From Hormiphora californensis (taxonomy: Eukaryota; Animalia; Ctenophora), in the NCBI GenBank assembly GCA_020137815.1, contig CM035350.1, positions 4,030,001 to 4,094,000 of the forward strand: a stretch of DNA of 64,000 nucleotides, given 5' to 3'. The number at the start of each line of letters is the position of its first letter. Positions within the stretch are counted from its first letter, which is position 1. The position numbers were made by a program, and so were the translations under genes. Below the pieces are notes generated by a model. That model had not been told where the DNA came from. It saw only the letters and a program-made list of their open reading frames with translations, and did not search any database. This document shows, piece after piece, positions 29,401 to 41,351 of the stretch.

Positions 29401-32400
29401 TCTTGATAATTTAGTTTGGTAAGTGTGTGAAAGGCTGGTGCAACTTACATTGGTTAGTTTTCCGCCGATGCGTTTCCACTTGTGGCCACCCAGATGCATG
29501 TAGATGTTGTGGTGTTTGTTGACACCCCAAACTTGGGTTCCACCGACAGCAATGTGGGTCAGTTTTCCTCTGATGTGCCGCCAACCCCTGCCCATCCAGC
29601 GGTAAATATTGTGGCCCCGGTTAACACCCCACACTCCCGCACCACCGGTAGAACAGACAATCAGGGCACCGGGTAACCGCCGCCATTTTGCTAGAATCTT
29701 CCAAGTACCCGTGTATCTCAGCTTCTTGACAGCTCCACCTCGTTTAGCCTTGCCCGCTCTGCCGAGTGGACTGGTGTAGATGTGTTGTGCCCTGTTCCTA
29801 CCGTACACAGCGGACCCGTGAACGTCAATTTGGGCGAGTCTACCTGGTACCCTGTACCATCTGGTTCCGGTGGGTTTACCCGGGCTCACTCCTCCCCTGT
29901 AGTAGATCATGTCCGCCTTGTTGACACCAACCACTATACCATTACCAGAGGCGATCCACTTGAGCTTACCTGGCACATGTACCCACTATATAGGGGGAGA
30001 GGAAGGGGTTAGGTAATACTTAATAGGTACCTTATTACCGCTATATAACGGAACCTCCTATTAGCGTACCTTTAATTAACGCACCTTTAATTAACGAAAA
30101 TCGGTTTGGGTTAGCAAATTTTGACAAAAAGCACAAATACTGGGTTAAAATGGGGTTAAAATGGTAATTATGTTCCTATTGAGATATCAAGAATAATATT
30201 CTTTGCAATTGAGCACGGTTGTGAATTTGAGGCAATTGTTCAAGACCCTCATGCATTTCAGTCACCATTGGTTCAGGGAGGGTTGGAAATTAAGGTCCTT
30301 TTGACTGTAAATGGACAGAACATGGGCTTGCCTCATTACAAACTATAATTACTGAAAAGTATTGTTTTAAGACCCATATGGTCGACAATTTTGAATCTCT
30401 TCTTAGAGAGATTCAAGATTCTTTGCCCACGAATGACTCTGATTCAGATAATTAACTGATATCTCAATTTGAAAATGTTGAAGTTATTGATGATGATAAA
30501 TAGGAAGAGAACTAGAAGTAGAAATGTTAACATTATATTTGATGACTTGGTTTTGTTTTTTTTGCTACCCTAGAAAACCAATTTTTAATTAAAGGAACAT
30601 TAATTTAGCGGAACCCTAAATTAACGATACCTAAAATTAACGAAATTTTGACTGATTTCGTTAATTAAAGGTTCCGTTATATATCGGTAATAAGGTATTT
30701 GCTGAGACTTATTTTAGCTAGTATGGCACTAAAGGACCCAAGATGGGTGCTGCTTACCTTTGCACCTCCAGAGTTTTTATCTCCGAAAGTTCCAATTCGA
30801 TGGTAAATATTGTGTGCTCGGTTTACAACCCACACACCAGACATGCCCACTGAGACCTGGATAGCCGCACCCCCGATTCGTTTCCATCCTGCCCCCTTTC
30901 TCCAGTAAATGTGCTGGGCTCTGTTGATACCCCACACGTGGTTACGCTCACTCACTTCCAGCTGGTATTAGGGGAGGGAGAGAGGAGGGTTTAGAGTGAG
31001 AATTGCTAGAAAATACGTAGTGTGACTACTGCAGTACGTCTTGATAATTTGGTTTGGTAAGCGTGTGAAAGACTGGTGCAACTTACATTGGTTAGTTTTC
31101 CACCGATGCGTTTCCACTTATGGCCACCCAGATGCATATAAATATTGTGGTGTTTGTTGACACCCCAAACTTGGGTTCCACCGACAGCAATGTGGGTCAG
31201 TTTTCCTCTGATGTGCCGCCATCCCCTGCCCATCCAGCGGTAAATATTGTGGCCCCGGTTAACACCCCACACTCCCGCACCACCGGTAGAACAGACAATC
31301 AGGGCACCGGGTAACCGCCGCCATTTTGCTAGAATCTTCCAAGTACCCGTGTATCTCAGCTTCTTGACAGCTCCACCTCGTTTAGCCTTGCCCGCTCTGC
31401 CGAGTGGACTGGTGTAGATGTGTTGTGCCCTGTTCCTACCGTACACTGCGGACCCGTGAACGTCAATTTGGGCTAGTCTACCTGGTACCCTGTACCATCT
31501 GGTTCCGGTGGGTTTACCCGGGCTCACTCCTCCCCTGTAGTAGATCATGTCCGCCTTGTTGACACCAACCACTATACCATTACCAGAGGCGATCCACTTG
31601 AGCTTACCTGGCACATGTACCCACTATATAGGGGGAGAGGAAGGGGTTAGGTAATACTTAATAGGTATTTGCTGAGACTTATTTTAGCTGGTATGGCACT
31701 AAAGGACCCAAGATGGGTGCTGCTTACCTTTGCACCTCCAGAGTTTTTATCTCCGAAAGTTCCAATTCGATGGTAAATATTATGTGCTCGGTTTACAACC
31801 CACACACCAGACATGCCCACTGAGACCTGGATAGCCGCACCCCCGATTCGTTTCCATCCTGCCCCCTTTCTCCAGTAAATGTGCTGGGCTCTGTTGATAC
31901 CCCACACGTGGTTACGCTCACTCACTTCCAGCTGGTATTAGGGGAGGGAGAGAGGAGGGTTTAGAGTGAGAATTACTAGAAAATATTTATTGTGACTTCA
32001 ATACGTCTTGAAAATTCAGTTTGGTATGTGTGTGAAAGAATGGTGCAACTTACATTGGTTAATTTACCACCGATGCGTTTCCACTTGTGGCCACCCAGAT
32101 GCATATAAATATTGTGGTGTTTGTTGACACCCCAAACTTGGGTTCCACCGACAGCAATGTGGGTCAGTTTTCCTCTGATGTGCCGCCATCCCCTGCCCAT
32201 CCAGCGGTAAATATTGTGGCCCCGGTTAACACCCCACACTCCCGCACCACCGGTAGAACAGACAATCAGGGCACCGGGTAACCGCCGCCATTTTGCTAGA
32301 ATCTTCCAAGTACCCGTGTATCTCAGCTTCTTGACAGCTCCACCTCGTTTAGCCTTGCCCGCTCTGCCGAGTGGACTGGTGTAGATGTGTTGTGCCCTGT

Positions 32401-35233
32401 TCCTACCGTACACAGCGGACCCGTGAACGTCAATTTGGGCGAGTCTACCTGGTACCCTGTACCATCTGGTTCCGGTGGGTTTACCCGGGCTCACTCCTCC
32501 CCTGTAGTAGATCATGTCCGCCTTGTTGACACCAACCACTATACCATTACCAGAGGCGATCCACTTGAGCTTACCTGGCACATGTACCCACTAGATAGGG
32601 AGAGAGAGGGTTAGGTATTTGTTGAGACTTATTTTAGCTAGTGAAAGGCCCCAAGATGGGCGCTGCTTACCTTTGCACCTCCAGAGTTTTTATCTCCGAA
32701 AGTTCCAATTCGATGGTAAATGTTGTGTGCTCGGTTTACAACCCACACACCAGACATGCCCACTGAGACCTGGATAGCCGCACCCCCGATTCGTTTCCAT
32801 CCTGCCCCCTTTCTCCAGTAAATGTGCTGGGCTCTGTTGATACCCCACACGTGATTACGCTCACTCACTTCCAGCTGGTATTAAGGGAGGGAGAGAGGGA
32901 TTAGAGTGAGAATTACTAGAAAAATGTGACTTGAAAACTTCCTGAAAAGATTCAAAAAGGTCTTAAAAATTCAGTTTGATAAGTGTGTGAAAGACTGGTG
33001 CAACTTACATTGGTTAGTTTTCCGCCGATGCGTTTCCACTTGTGGCCACCCAGATGCATGTAAATATTGTGGTGTTTGTTGACACCCCAAACTTGGGTTC
33101 CACCGACAGCAATGTGGGTCAGTTTTCCTCTGATGTGCCGCCATCCCCTGCCCATCCAGCGGTAAATATTGTGGCCCCGGTTAACACCCCACACTCCCGC
33201 ACCACCGGTAGAACAGACAATCAGGGCACCGGGTAACCGCCGCCATTTTGCTAGAATCTTCCAAGTACCCGTGTATCTCAGCTTCTTGCCTGCTCCACCT
33301 CGTTTAGCCTTGCCCGCTCTGCCGAGTGGACTGGTGTAGATGTGTTGTGCCCTGTTCCTACCGTACACAGCGGATCCGTGAACGTCAATTTGGGCGAGTC
33401 TACCTGGTACCCTGTACCATCTGGTTCCGGTGGGTTTACCCGGGCTCACTCCTCCCCTGTAGTAGATCATGTCCGCCTTGTTGACACCAACCACTATACC
33501 ATTACCAGAGGCGATCCACTTGAGCTTACCTGGCACATGTACCCACTAGGTAGGGGGAGAGGAAGGGGGTTAGGTATTTGTTTAGACCTATTTTAGCTAG
33601 TGAAAGGCCCCAAGATGGACGTTGCTTACCTTTGCACCCCCAGAGTTTTTATCTCCGAAAGTTCCAATTCGATGGTAAATGTTATGTGCTCGGTTTACAA
33701 CCCACACACCAGACATGCCCACTGAGACCTGGATAGCCGCACCCCCGATTCGTTTCCATCCTGCCCCCTTTCTCCAGTATATGTGCTGGGCTCTGTTGAT
33801 ACCCCACACGTGGTTACGCTCACTCACTTCCAGCTGGTATTAGGGGAGGGAGAGAGGAGGTTTTAGAGGGCAAATGAAAAATACGAATCGTCACTTCAGT
33901 TATTATAGGTCTTGAAAATTCAGTTTGGTAAGCGTGTGAAAAGTGGTGCAACTTACATTGGTTAGTTTTCCGCCGATGCGTTTCCACTTGTGGCCACCCA
34001 GATGCATATAAATATTGTGGTGTTTGTTGACACCCCAAACTTGGGTTCCACCGACAGCAATGTGGGTCAGTTTTCCTCTGATGTGCCGCCATCCCCTACC
34101 CATCCAGCGGTAAATATTGTGGCCCCGGTTAACACCCCACACTCCCGCACCACCGGTAGAACAGACAATCAGGGCACCGGGTAACCGCCGCCATTTTGCT
34201 AGAATCTTCCAAGTACCCGTGTATCTCAGCTTCTTGCCTGCTCTACGGCCTCGTCCTCTTCCTTTTAGCCATGAGATTTCACCACTGGGACTCCTTTTTG
34301 GAACCCGACCTTTGCGCAAGGTGAACGGTTTTGGTCGTCTTTGTTCCATCGTGATTCCACCGCAATCTAAAGCAAGGAAATTGAGCTGATAACAAGAGTT
34401 GTTTGGGGTATAAATACAAAGTACTCGAGTATTTGTGGTTAGCATACCCGGGTTCTTTTTTTGTAAGTTGGTCCCTTACGAACATTTGATATGATGACAA
34501 TGAAATCATATAGAATTCTATGAAACTTATTATATTGATACCAACCTTTGCGTTTGTTACAAGCATTGATCGCCTGTCTGAGGTTGTTATAACCTATACG
34601 TCTTCCGCCACTGTAGCCTCCAAGATACTTTCCAGGGTGCTTCAAGTACCCGCGAGGGGGTCCTCTGGGTCCGCGAGGGGGTCCACGAGGGGGTCCTCTT
34701 GGTCCACGAGGAGGTCCTCTGGGTCCGCGAGGGGGTCCTCTTGGTCCGCGAGGGGGTCCTCTTGGTCCACGAGGAGGTCCTCTGGGTCCCCGAGGGGGTC
34801 CTCTGGGTCCTCTGTGCCCGCGAGGGGGTCCTCTGGGTCCTCTGTGCCCGCGAGGGGGTCCTCTTGGTCCACGAGGAGGTCCTCTGGGTCCCCGAGGGGG
34901 TCCTCTGGGTCCTCTGGGTCCTCTGGGTCCCCGAGGGGGTCCTCTGGGTCCTCTGTGCCCGCGAGGGGGTCCTCTGGGTCCGCGAGGGGGACCTCTGGGT
35001 CCACGAGGAGGTCCTCTGGGTCCGCGAGGGGGACCCCGACCTCTTCGATGCCGACCTCTTCGATGCCGTCTGTCCTCTGCTGCTGAAATCTCTTCAGCTG
35101 AAATCTCAGCTACGGAAACAGGGACAGCTGTAATTCCTGCTGCTACACCGGCTGTTCCTGATTCGCTCGCTAGCTCATCCGTGGCGTTAGCCAGGACGGC
35201 CAACAGCACAAGAAGCGCTGTTGATCGTAACAT
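1..35233 (-). CDS. Giant secreted multi-lectin protein (tectonin x7, F-type lectin x22, galectin x4, PAN x4, >=26 Lys/Tyr-rich modules); multi-exon, 3' end outside the window
   Basis: ATG at 35233 begins [17 protein letters not shown]. The GT-AG junctions I checked by hand join in compatible phase (34546/34366, 33957/33833, 33630/33545, 11634/11527, 9021/7423, 7297/6840). The frame is still open at position 1. Several 1-bp indels interrupt it and are probably sequence errors. Confidence 0.85.
6855..7080. repeat. Intronic minisatellite, about 52-bp unit, about 5 copies, beside a splice acceptor
   Basis: gaaggtgttagggctggagatatgtggtgggtgaaactaaaggg(gataaagg) repeated head to tail. Confidence 0.9.
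8893..9048. repeat. 32-bp tandem repeat (about 5 copies) duplicating an exon end and splice donor
   Basis: ccttgtttagaccatgtcacaactccctaata repeated; on the minus strand this is ...GVVTWSKQ G|GTATTA. Confidence 0.92.
9190..10225 (-). other. Seventh, divergent tectonin propeller
   Basis: [28 protein letters not shown] ... [10 protein letters not shown] ... [24 protein letters not shown]; collinear with the six N-terminal copies. Confidence 0.87.
13690..13900 (-). other. PAN/apple domain 4
   Basis: DAWGGDI...[17 protein letters not shown]....RCWIK. Confidence 0.85.
13905..14555 (-). other. Galectin domain 4 (degenerate sugar site)
   Basis: GLWFSPQ replaces ALHFNPR; INS...WGKEKQ...FAGQPF...FPYRIP is retained. 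Confidence 0.75.
16418..16641 (-). other. PAN/apple domain 3
   Basis: DFWGADI...[17 protein letters not shown]....RCWIK...ISGTKYC. Confidence 0.85.
16765..17240 (-). other. Galectin domain 3
   Basis: IAMHFNGR...VMN...WGKEVR...EVNG...LPHRIP. Confidence 0.87.
23208..23427 (-). other. PAN/apple domain 2
   Basis: DFWGGDI...[17 protein letters not shown]....RCYIK. Confidence 0.85.
23537..24190 (-). other. Galectin domain 2
   Basis: IALHFNPR...IVLNS...WQREVR...FPHR; the full H-N-R/N/W-E-R signature is present. Confidence 0.87.
25495..25717 (-). other. PAN/apple domain 1
   Basis: [10 protein letters not shown].......[17 protein letters not shown]....RCWLK.........ISG.K.C. Confidence 0.85.
25840..26440 (-). 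other. Galectin domain 1
   Basis: WAFNL...TALHFNPR...IVLNS...WAKE...FPHR, split over three exons. Confidence 0.85.
27850..34235 (-). other. Six tandem, near-identical six-bladed tectonin (tachylectin-1/L6-like) beta-propeller domains
   Basis: Blade motif W..(L/I/V)(P/G)G.L..I.V....VWGVN....IY occurs six times per unit. Genomic period is about 943-970 bp (2 exons + 2 introns). Long exons start at 33545, 32590, 31623, 29985, 29033 and 28090. Confidence 0.9.
30030..30695. mobile_element. Non-autonomous TA-targeting (Tc1/mariner/pogo-type) DNA transposon, 666 bp, in a tectonin-array intron
   Basis: 27-bp TIRs ccttattaccg(c/a)tatataacggaacct; TA duplicated at 30028-30029 and 30696-30697. The empty site taataggTAtttgctgag is present in the paralogous intron at about 31659-31676. 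Confidence 0.93.
34648..35040 (-). repeat. Coding 21-nt-based tandem repeat encoding (PPRGPRG)n, about 17 PPRG units
   Basis: Visible in ORF 34439..35245; about 130 aa made only of P, R, G and H. Confidence 0.9.
35183..35233 (-). other. Signal peptide of the giant lectin
   Basis: [17 protein letters not shown] has a basic n-region, a hydrophobic core and an A-x-A cleavage motif. Confidence 0.85.
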
Positions 35234-35985
35234 GAGACTAAACAAGTCTAGTCGATCATGCTATTGTTGGAAATATATGACGTATGTTAACTTGTTGTCA
35301 GGCAAAACAAGTCTAGTACTAGCTGTCTAGTGTCTAGACCATATGCGTGATCCCACCCTTGAGATCGAATTGTTAAAAACAGCAGTTGCCGACAGGGCGT
35401 TTCAGAGAAAGCCTAGATTAAACTCATTAATCTGGTGTTGAACTTTATAATTAGACTTCCAATTGTCTACAAAATTCGAATAACAAACCATCCCAGTAGT
35501 TTGTATAAAAAAATAATGATCTAATCTGCAAAAGCATGACATAATGCAGAAGTCAGCTCAGATAGCTCAGAATTATAATATAATGAACAAAATATTAAGC
35601 ACTGCAAACCCTGGATTATCACCACATAATACTAAGCACAGGAAAGAAAAGCACATAGAGAAGAAGGAGGTGTGTGTGTTTGAAAACTGCTGCAATCAAG
35701 GAAATGGTGGATACTAGCAATGCAGCGGGCTCGTGGGGTGGAGATGGAGCTCCTCTCTATCTCTCATGACTGGAGTTGAGCACTTCGCGCAAACCATGGA
35801 AAATGTCAACTATTGGATCGATTCATTATATCAGACGCAATAGGAACATGAGTTTAAAAGTGTCAGCATTTAGAGTCATGCATATAATGCTGATATGATG
35901 CTCAAAAAGTACGTTGAAATACATGGCAGTTTTGAAGAGACTTTTCCTTTCCCTTACCCACGTTCACTGCTATGCGAAGGGTTCT

Positions 35986-36139
<154 letters not shown>

Positions 36140-38376
36140 AAAATATTTCACATACCAATTGTTTATCGCCACCTCAATTCTCTTCTAGCCAAAGTAATTG
36201 TTCAAGTGGAACGAGATTGAGGAATAAAAATACAGAAAAAATATGTTTTTACCGCCCGTACTGGCGTTTTTCCGGTCAACCCGAACAGTTCTCTCACGGA
36301 ATCGAGTATTAGGAAATCAGGGAAGTTGTTCAAAGGGTTCAAATTCAAACTTCACTGGCTCCCTCCCACACTGTTTCGAATTGTCAGACCATGGGCCAGG
36401 ATTGTTTAATTAGCGTCTAACCGATTCCATATATCCGTTACAATGTATCTTGAACATTTCCGGGTTTCAAAGATCTCTCTCTGAAATCACAGCTTGTAAA
36501 CGGGTGTGTGTTTCCTGGTATGTGCCCCAGTGTTTATGTCACACTCTTTATGTCACACTCAGAACACGTGTGTTTTGTAGGCACCTTGAGATTACCAACG
36601 CACACGTGTGTGACTTCCGCGTACTTATATCAAGTGGTATACCTACCGGATAGTTCAGCTCTATATCATAGTATCCAGTATTTCTGTCCGGAGCGCCCCG
36701 TTTCTATCTATATGTGGCCCGTTGCCCATAGGGTCCCCTACATATTTGCCATGCTATGCAGTCTGTCCATTTGGCGGGCCGTCCGCCTCAGTAAGCCTTA
36801 ACGGCTGATGTGAGAGCCGACAGACTGCAGCACTGGAAACATGTTAACTACATGTGACATGTGTCTGGCCTTTTCCCTGGTATCTTGTAGGACAGTGTAC
36901 AGGGTATTCGGGCATATCGGGTATATCAGGTATATCGGGTACATTGGGTACATTGGGTATATCGGGTGGAGCTGTTGCTTCCTTGCATTATAGTTCCACC
37001 CGGGAGGGTCGAACATGGCAAGTTTCACCTCACTACTATTTCCCACACCCTCACAAGCATCAACCAAGGATCAGGCATGCCATGCATTGTATCGTGAGAT
37101 ATGGAATGTAGGGGGGACATGATGCCCCATCCAATTAGCAAACACATCCAATTAACAATTGTGTGCGTCATAACGCAGCTCGGGGTTCACGGGTAAGTTG
37201 CGGTATACGGAAATATGGCACTGCTTGTCAAGTGAATTGAAATCCAGTCCAATCAGGATGAGAGAGAAAGAGAGAGAGAGAGAGGTGAGATAATGAAAGA
37301 GAGAGGTGAGAGAGGTATTTGTAATGCGATTAAATTGGGGGGATACGAGACAATTGCGGTCACTAGCTCTGTCATGTCTCACACACACCCAATTTAGGCA
37401 CTCAATCACGTCAAGATATATAAGCGATGGGGGGACCAGTCTGTCACCGCACCACCCTATCAGTACTGTCATGTGTCAGCTCTTTATATAATGTCCCCCC
37501 CCCCACAATTGCTCCGTGTGCCCCTGTTCCACCCTGTCAGATCCACCCTTATCAGTGTTTTATCCTATTCTCTCTCTCTTGTGTTTCATCCTATTGGCTA
37601 TCGCCCTATTACCGCGTATCTTGTATTGGCTATCGCCCTATTACCTGGTATCTTGTACCCTAACAAAGCCCTATCGGTATCATCATCCCCTTCTGCAGCA
37701 CAAGTGACAGTCTATCTCTCTCAATCATCACACTGCAATTGCTGCAGTAGCATGATGGCTCTGCAGTTTTCCCAGTATTGTTGTCTTGTCAGTATTTTGT
37801 TCCAGGCACTGGTTCTCTCTCCCTCTCTCTGTCTCCCCCCTGACACAATTAGGGGGTGCGTGAGAATTTACAATAATTCCAACCTCCTCTCATGAAGTGT
37901 GTCGTCAGCCTATCACCATCCCCTTCCATGTCAGTACCTTGTTGTTTCCTTAACTTATCTCTCTTTCAGTGACTTTCTACTTTCTTCAGTGTGTCAGTTC
38001 ACAGGTTCTGTTGGTTGTTCAGCTAGCCTGATTTAGAAATTTTTGGCCTCCAGGTTCCGGATTTCTTCCTATTATTAGTATGACCCTATTCTGTAGAGGT
38101 TATTCCACTGAATTATTTCTGCAATGGTATCTCATGACAATATGCTACAATAAATCTGTGATTGCCTCTTACAATTTCCAAATCTAACTAGGTCTTTAAA
38201 ATGCGTGCAAGGTATTCCCGCTAACTAGAAATATCTCTCCCGGGGCCCCTTTCTTAATTAGCTATTCAAAGTTGTCAATGGTCAATCGGGGATCAATCAG
38301 AGTAGGGTAATCGATTATTGTTACCCCTTCTAATTAGGAATATATTCGCTTCTTGATCGATAATTGTCGATATATA

Positions 38377-39289
38377 CTAGGCTGTCCAGTAAATAATTTC
38401 GTTGGGCTTTTCTGGGAAAATGGTTTAAGATAGAGCAAAATGGACTTCACCACTGTTTTTAGCACTCGATTTTGAATCGGAATACAATGCCTGATATCGG
38501 TATGTGGTTGTTCTCGGTTCCCAGCAGGCTATTTTCTCTGCCCCACTTTTGTTGCTGCTGCACGGGGTTACCAAAGTTTTCTAAACGCTGCCCTATGAAA
38601 ACTGGTTCAGTCTTTTTAGCTCCTATGGTGCTTAATCGATAGCAAATTGTCTAAGGATGAGCTATGTTTGCGATTTTAGGCTCTAGGTGTTGACTTATAA
38701 CCTCTAGAACAGTTAATGTAACATGAAAAAGCGTCAAAGTGCAAAAAAATTGGGCCTGTTTTACGGGTTTTTTTGAAAACATCAATAACTCACTTTTTAA
38801 GTCAACCAATCACATAATTGGGTTCACTACGTCTTAGAACTGACTTAGAACTAACTCTTACTGCAGAGTTTTTGATTATAAGCCAATTCTGATGAGACCC
38901 GGAAGTAAAAGTTTCTAACTTTGACCAAAAATTTTTGGAAGCCCATTGCTCAGTGAAAAATAAAGATAGGATATTTTATTACACCTCAAACGAAAGATAA
39001 TTGTCTAATGAACAAGCTTGATGTAACAAAACATCACTCATGTACAATTTTTAAGAAATACAGCAGGTTTAGTACTAAAACTTGAAAATCGTGATTTTCC
39101 ATATGCAGCAGCAACGAGAGTGGGGTATAGAAAGAGGCCTCGTGGGAACCGAGAACAACCACATTCCGATATCAGGCATTATATTCCGATACAAAATCGA
39201 GTGCTAAAAACAGTGGTGAAGTCCATTTTGCTTTATCTTAAACCATTTTCCCAGAAAAGCCCAACGAAATTATTTACTGGACAGCCTAG
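38377..39289. mobile_element. Non-autonomous TA-flanked DNA transposon with TIRs of about 185 bp
   Basis: TA-ctaggctgtccagtaaataatttcgttggg... matches ...cccaacgaaattatttactggacagcctag-TA. The arms are about 38377-38562 and 39104-39289; no transposase ORF inside. Confidence 0.92.
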
Positions 39290-39928
39290 TATGTGCCACT
39301 AAATATATCTCCTCTCCATTTAAAAGATCCATTCTCTCAGCACTGGATCTCTCTCTCTCTCTCTCTCTCATTTCCATCTATTGCCAGTTTTAGTATTGCT
39401 AGCGGGGTGCTGCTTCATAGTATTTGGGATCGCCGCTCTTTGTATGGGAATTTGATTTAGTAATATCCCTCCCCGGCCCTCTCTCTCTCTCTCTGTAATG
39501 AGAGGGGCGCGTGCCACCAGTCAGTGGTAACATGCACACATCTCCATACTAGAACCGACCCCCCCCCTCTCTCTCTCAATCGCCCTCTATGAATTTACAT
39601 TAATTGACATAGTGGTTGAGGAGAGAGAGAGGGCTTAAGTGGCAACCCGTGCCCCGCTCAATATTCAAAATTTATTGGTAGAGTAGTAGCAGGGGTGTCG
39701 TGTGTGTGCTGAGCCCGCGTACCCTTCAGGGTCACCTCGACAACCCTCAGGGTTGGAAGGCACGCGAGTGAACTTAATTAAGGTGGATCTCTCTATCTCT
39801 CTCTTTCTCTCTCTCTCTCTCTAACTATAGAGACACTATACTATCATGCTCTCTCTCCTCCCCGGATTATTCTTGGCGTATCGGGGTGAGCAGGACACAT
39901 AAATCTTCTCCTCTTTCTAAAACCTGGT

Positions 39929-40013
<85 letters not shown>

Positions 40014-40411
40014 TCTCTCTCACAACTCAACTCTTCTCCCGTTCCTCCCTCCTCCAGTGACCTATGCTGATGCTCCCATGTTCCCCAAGTCTGTCTCACT
40101 ATCTCAGTATTTCGTGGTGGCGGCACTCTTCTATTTCTCACCACCATCATCACCATGTTATAGTTCTCGTGTCACCATGATATAATACTCCCTTCAGTTT
40201 TAGAACTCTCCCAATATGCCCCCGATTTGGTACAAATACCAACTGTCTATTTTAAAAACGAGGGGAGCCACGTTCTGCAGACCTTTCCCACTATTCACCA
40301 CCACACATTTGTGTGTGTTGTCTATATTCTGGTGCATTAGTGCGGATGCATGACACGCGTTCCCATGTCCCCATCATCACCAGAACTATACAGAGAGAGA
40401 AAGAGGGAGAG

Positions 40412-40464
<53 letters not shown>

Positions 40465-41262
40465 AGATAGAGAGAGAGAGAGAGAGAGAGGAGAGGAGAG
40501 AGAGAGAGAGAGAAAGGTGGATAGAGAGAGAGGTCCCTTATTCTTAATCCCACACTCTTTTGTTACAAGAATATTGGACGGCCCCCATTGGCCATCACCC
40601 AGCATACCGGCCCCACATCCCCAAATCATTCATCATCATTCAAATTTAATAATACAAATCATACCATTGCAATACCATCAAAGGGGGTCATCGGTAAAAG
40701 CCCCCTGAGGGATCTCCTCACACAATCACAGTACCATGATACTCGCCCCCTCTCTTCTTTATGGATCAAGGGGGGTCCTCACACATCCATGGCATAGTGT
40801 GTGTTTAGAGGTACTATGGGGGACGTGTTTTGTGAAATCGGTTAACCAATCATATATCGCCACCGCAGTCACGTGATATTACAGCTCTGCAAATTTACAT
40901 ATATTGTGTGTCTCTCTACTCTGAATAAGGAATAATGCCTTTCTGATCTTAGAAAGAGGTGCTTTAAGAAGGGGGATTGGGAGAGCGGGGCACACAAACA
41001 GGAGAGAGAGAGAGAGAGCTAATTAGTCGCTAATGAGATCTCTCTTTCATTTTTCCGTTCACTCTCTCTGTCTTCCTCTCACTCTCTCTCCCCCACGGCG
41101 GTGCAGCATTGTTGCCCTCAGTCCCTGTCTCGTATGACCTGTAAATCTGAGAGAGAGCAGAGATCACGTGGTTTTCACAGTGCCCCATTGGTCGCTGTCC
41201 CAATTCTGTAGAGCCCCTCAATGAAAGAGAGGTGCACGTGGACATTTGAAAAGAGAGAGAGG

Positions 41263-41351
<89 letters not shown>

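Noticed and set aside
11992-34389. Many plus-strand ORFs opposite the lectin exons
   Set aside because: Antisense shadows of coding exons with no recognisable motifs.
34648-35040. Collagen triple-helix domain
   Set aside because: Gly spacing alternates 4 and 3 (GPPR-GPR), so there is no sustained Gly-X-Y register.
34520-35133. Overlapping ORFs (DPEDPL..., RGSSGS..., EGVLWV...)
   Set aside because: Alternative-frame by-products of a stop-free tandem repeat; only the signal-peptide frame splices onward.
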